DNA from: an uncultured virus (IMG/VR IMGVR_UViG_3300021560_000017)
Taxonomy: Duplodnaviria; Heunggongvirae; Uroviricota; Caudoviricetes
IMG/VR virus record: IMGVR_UViG_3300021560_000017
Length of the DNA stretch: 64,000 bases
Direction: 5' to 3' (one strand)
Shown here: positions 61,382-64,000 of the stretch, piece by piece
Layout: every line of letters starts with the position of its first letter
How positions within the stretch are numbered: position 1 is the first letter of the stretch
The notes under the pieces: model-generated
What the model saw: only the letters and a program-made list of their open reading frames with translations
Database searches by the model: none
Told to the model about the DNA's origin: nothing
Position numbers and translations under genes: made by a program

Positions 61382-64000
61382 ATGCCTGAGCCTGATCTAT
61401 CGACGCTTTCGCGGGTGCCAACTGCTGGGGCGACTCCGCCAGTAGCGCCCCCTCCGACTCCGCCACCCGATCAGACAGCGCAGATTCCAGAAGACGATCT
61501 GAGTAACCTGACGCGGGAGCCAGACGTCAGTGGCCTAACGAGAGCGCCGAAGTCCGAAGAGCAGCTCAGGGACGACGCCTCGCATTTTCTCGGTCTGGTG
61601 CAGGAAGGCAGGCTGAACCTCGGCGACAATCTGCCCCAAGCAGGCCAGAATTTTAACGAAACGTGGAATCAAGTTAAACATTACTGGGGCACTCCCACCA
61701 GTTACGAATCGATGCTCGACGCTGAGCGGCAACTCGTAGGGCCAAAGGAAGGCAGGCATCGAGACTGGTTGGATCGCCAGTGGGAAGACGTCATATCACA
61801 GCTTCCGCAGATCGCTGGTCAGAAGATGCACGATCTTTATGACTGGACGATCAATCAGGAATACGAGAAGGCCAAGGCTGGTGGCTGGACGCCTTATCTG
61901 GAACAGAAGTATCAGGAAGCAAAGCAGGCATTGACGGCCCCCGCCGCGCAGCCGGGCGAACGGTTCCAGCCGGGCGCGCCCCTCGTCACTGGAGCGGCAA
62001 AATTCATCGGCGGCACGGCGGCGAACGCGATGGCTGCGTTCAACAACATGGTGGAGACACCGCCCGGGATGTGGGGCCGACCAGACTCTCCAGAGGAATG
62101 GAAAAAATACGAGGAGAATCAGGCCGAGAACAACGCGACGGCCGACTGGTTCAATGACAGGATCGGCAGGGCATCCTACGCTGCGGCGAAATCCACAGGC
62201 CAAGATCCAGACTCCCTTTGGTACAAGACATGGGAGCAGATCCCAGCGTTCACGGTTCCAGTTCCAATTGAGTTCGCTAAATCTGAGAGGGTGGCTGCCG
62301 CCGTCTCGCGCATGGCGCAGAAAGGCATTCCCGTAGCAAAGGTCGCCGCCGCGTATTCACCTGAGTTAATCGCTTCTGGTAGTCTGGTGCACACGGCAGC
62401 CACTGCACTGGGAGTTCCAACCAGCTTGCTCGGCTGGGGCGAAAGACTCGCTGGTGGTACTACGGTTTTTAAAACTTCGACCAGCATGACCGACACGCTG
62501 ATCAAGAAGCTCACTGGGCTCGACCGACCGACATTAGCCAAGAACATGCTCTACATGCTGCAGGCGCCGGGCGGTGTGCGCTCTGGCGAATGGATGCTGG
62601 AGCAAACCTCCAAAGAGATCGACGGGCTGAAGGCCGAGGCCCAGCACATGATGAGCAAGCTCGATGACAACGATCTTGCGGATATCGCCATGAAAGGGCC
62701 AGACGGCAACCCGCTTTATTCAGCCAACGATCTCAAGGGTGACGCCAAAGCAGTCAAGCTGAAGCTAGAAAAGATCGATGATCTGACTGACAAACTGGAC
62801 GAGATCAATAACCAGCTCAATTACCACAATCACAGGAACGAGGTTGCTTCTTTCATGGGTAACATGATTGGCAACACCACGACTGCCGCTCTCGTCGGAG
62901 GTGCATTTGGAGCGGTTAATGCGCCGACTGGTCAGGCTGGTCAGGGATTCTTCGAAGGTGCGGTTAATACCGCAGCAATCGGCGCGGCGTTCTCGCCTTT
63001 CGCTTCTGTCGCTGGAATGCACGATCTGCGGCTCAAATACGGCAAGCGCATGCTGATCCAGATGGGCTCACGCGGCTTCGATATGTCGTCACTGGCTGGA
63101 GTCCATCCTTACTGGGCAGATCAAGTCTTGATGGCAAACGGCTACGCTCACTCAATGGATGGCAGAATCAGGGTGATCGATCCAGCAACGCAGCCCAACG
63201 TGATTCCGACGTCCCCGATGATGACGCCAGAAGGAGTCAGGCAGATGCCAGCAAATGGTTTCATCTCCACCGACGGCAAAACGCTTTATCTTAACAAGAA
63301 CGCTCTCGGTCAGGGCACGGCTTACCACGAGCTGTCGCACCTGTTACAGCGTTACACTGGCCAGATGCTCAGGATGCATGCGCCAGACATCATGTTGCCA
63401 TTCGAGGAAGCGTACGCCGAGGCGTCAGGCGATCCGAAGTTCAGCATCCATGAAGATCCTGAAACGGTGCAGAAGGAGATGGACGCTGAAATCGGCAGGA
63501 TCGTGATGCAGCACACGCCAATTGAAACGTTTTTCGGCGGCGAACATCTGGGGGATGTGATGTCCCGAAAACTGAAGAGCGGCGATATGTTTGGCAAGAT
63601 CGGCCGCGCCGTCGTCAACTACCTCAATCCCGACAAGATCAAGTATGACGAGAAGCTGAATGCTCCTTACACACGGGAGCAGGTTGATCAGATGAGGCAG
63701 GCGTTGTTTGAGATGGGTAAGCGAGCGCAGGCGCGACAATACCTTGGGCCACCGATAGAGTATCCAGAGGGCCGAGGCCCGTGGCCGCCAGAACGTGAGG
63801 AACCCACCCCTGCAGGGCCGCCAGTCACAGGCGGCAAACCTGAAGTTCCTTCACCAGAAGTTCCTGAAGCGCCGCAGCACCCTGACTACCAAGCTGAATA
63901 CGACAAGGGCGCAGCGGCGGAACAGGCGCGGCAAGCGAATCCCAATACCAAGAAGGCACAGGCGGCGATAGATCGCGCTGGGATCGAGGCGGCCGCCAAG
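61382..64000 (+). CDS. large ejection/polyvalent protein, 3'-truncated (absent from the ORF track, consistent with no stop in the window)
   Basis: ATG at 61382; in-frame HExxH (AYHELSH) at 63326-63340. Confidence 0.7.
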   Translation, partial: MPEPDLSTLSRVPTAGATPPVAPPPTPPPDQTAQIPEDDLSNLTREPDVSGLTRAPKSEEQLRDDASHFLGLVQEGRLNLGDNLPQAGQNFNETWNQVKHYWGTPTSYESMLDAERQLVGPKEGRHRDWLDRQWEDVISQLPQIAGQKMHDLYDWTINQEYEKAKAGGWTPYLEQKYQEAKQALTAPAAQPGERFQPGAPLVTGAAKFIGGTAANAMAAFNNMVETPPGMWGRPDSPEEWKKYEENQAENNATADWFNDRIGRASYAAAKSTGQDPDSLWYKTWEQIPAFTVPVPIEFAKSERVAAAVSRMAQKGIPVAKVAAAYSPELIASGSLVHTAATALGVPTSLLGWGERLAGGTTVFKTSTSMTDTLIKKLTGLDRPTLAKNMLYMLQAPGGVRSGEWMLEQTSKEIDGLKAEAQHMMSKLDDNDLADIAMKGPDGNPLYSANDLKGDAKAVKLKLEKIDDLTDKLDEINNQLNYHNHRNEVASFMGNMIGNTTTAALVGGAFGAVNAPTGQAGQGFFEGAVNTAAIGAAFSPFASVAGMHDLRLKYGKRMLIQMGSRGFDMSSLAGVHPYWADQVLMANGYAHSMDGRIRVIDPATQPNVIPTSPMMTPEGVRQMPANGFISTDGKTLYLNKNALGQGTAYHELSHLLQRYTGQMLRMHAPDIMLPFEEAYAEASGDPKFSIHEDPETVQKEMDAEIGRIVMQHTPIETFFGGEHLGDVMSRKLKSGDMFGKIGRAVVNYLNPDKIKYDEKLNAPYTREQVDQMRQALFEMGKRAQARQYLGPPIEYPEGRGPWPPEREEPTPAGPPVTGGKPEVPSPEVPEAPQHPDYQAEYDKGAAAEQARQANPNTKKAQAAIDRAGIEAAAK

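Noticed and set aside
1..64000. stop-codon reassignment or prophage status
   Set aside because: Genes are intact in the standard code with all three stops used; no integrase, att site or host genes recognised.

Overview
The window is a large piece of a tailed dsDNA phage genome with podovirus-like architecture, probably lytic: I saw no integrase, tRNA, rRNA or CRISPR array. Layout: (i) 0.3-16.3 kb (+): small basic 'xxGG'-motif proteins, portal, scaffold, major capsid, decoration/LamG/collagen/fibre proteins and lysis genes; (ii) 17.5-27.9 kb (+): recombination and replication (VRR-NUC, RecT-like annealase, Cas4/DUF2800-like exonuclease, DnaB-N/RepA-type helicase, putative origin, HNH); (iii) 27.9-42.7 kb (-): a dense block of small accessory genes (TAGT/GREB1-like glycosyltransferase, DUF932, J-domain, zinc fingers) behind a repeated promoter/operator motif; (iv) 43.8-45.7 kb: a strand-skewed, palindrome-rich region that may be the genome end or packaging site; (v) 45.7-64 kb (+): tailspike, internally duplicated adaptor, nozzle, paired appendages and ejection proteins, with a GNAT-like gene and a PP-loop (PAPS-reductase-like) gene embedded among them. 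No terminase is visible, so it probably lies outside the window. The DnaB-like N-domain hints at a Verrucomicrobiota/PVC host (from memory, unverified). All product calls come from reading motifs and synteny by eye; no database searches were run.
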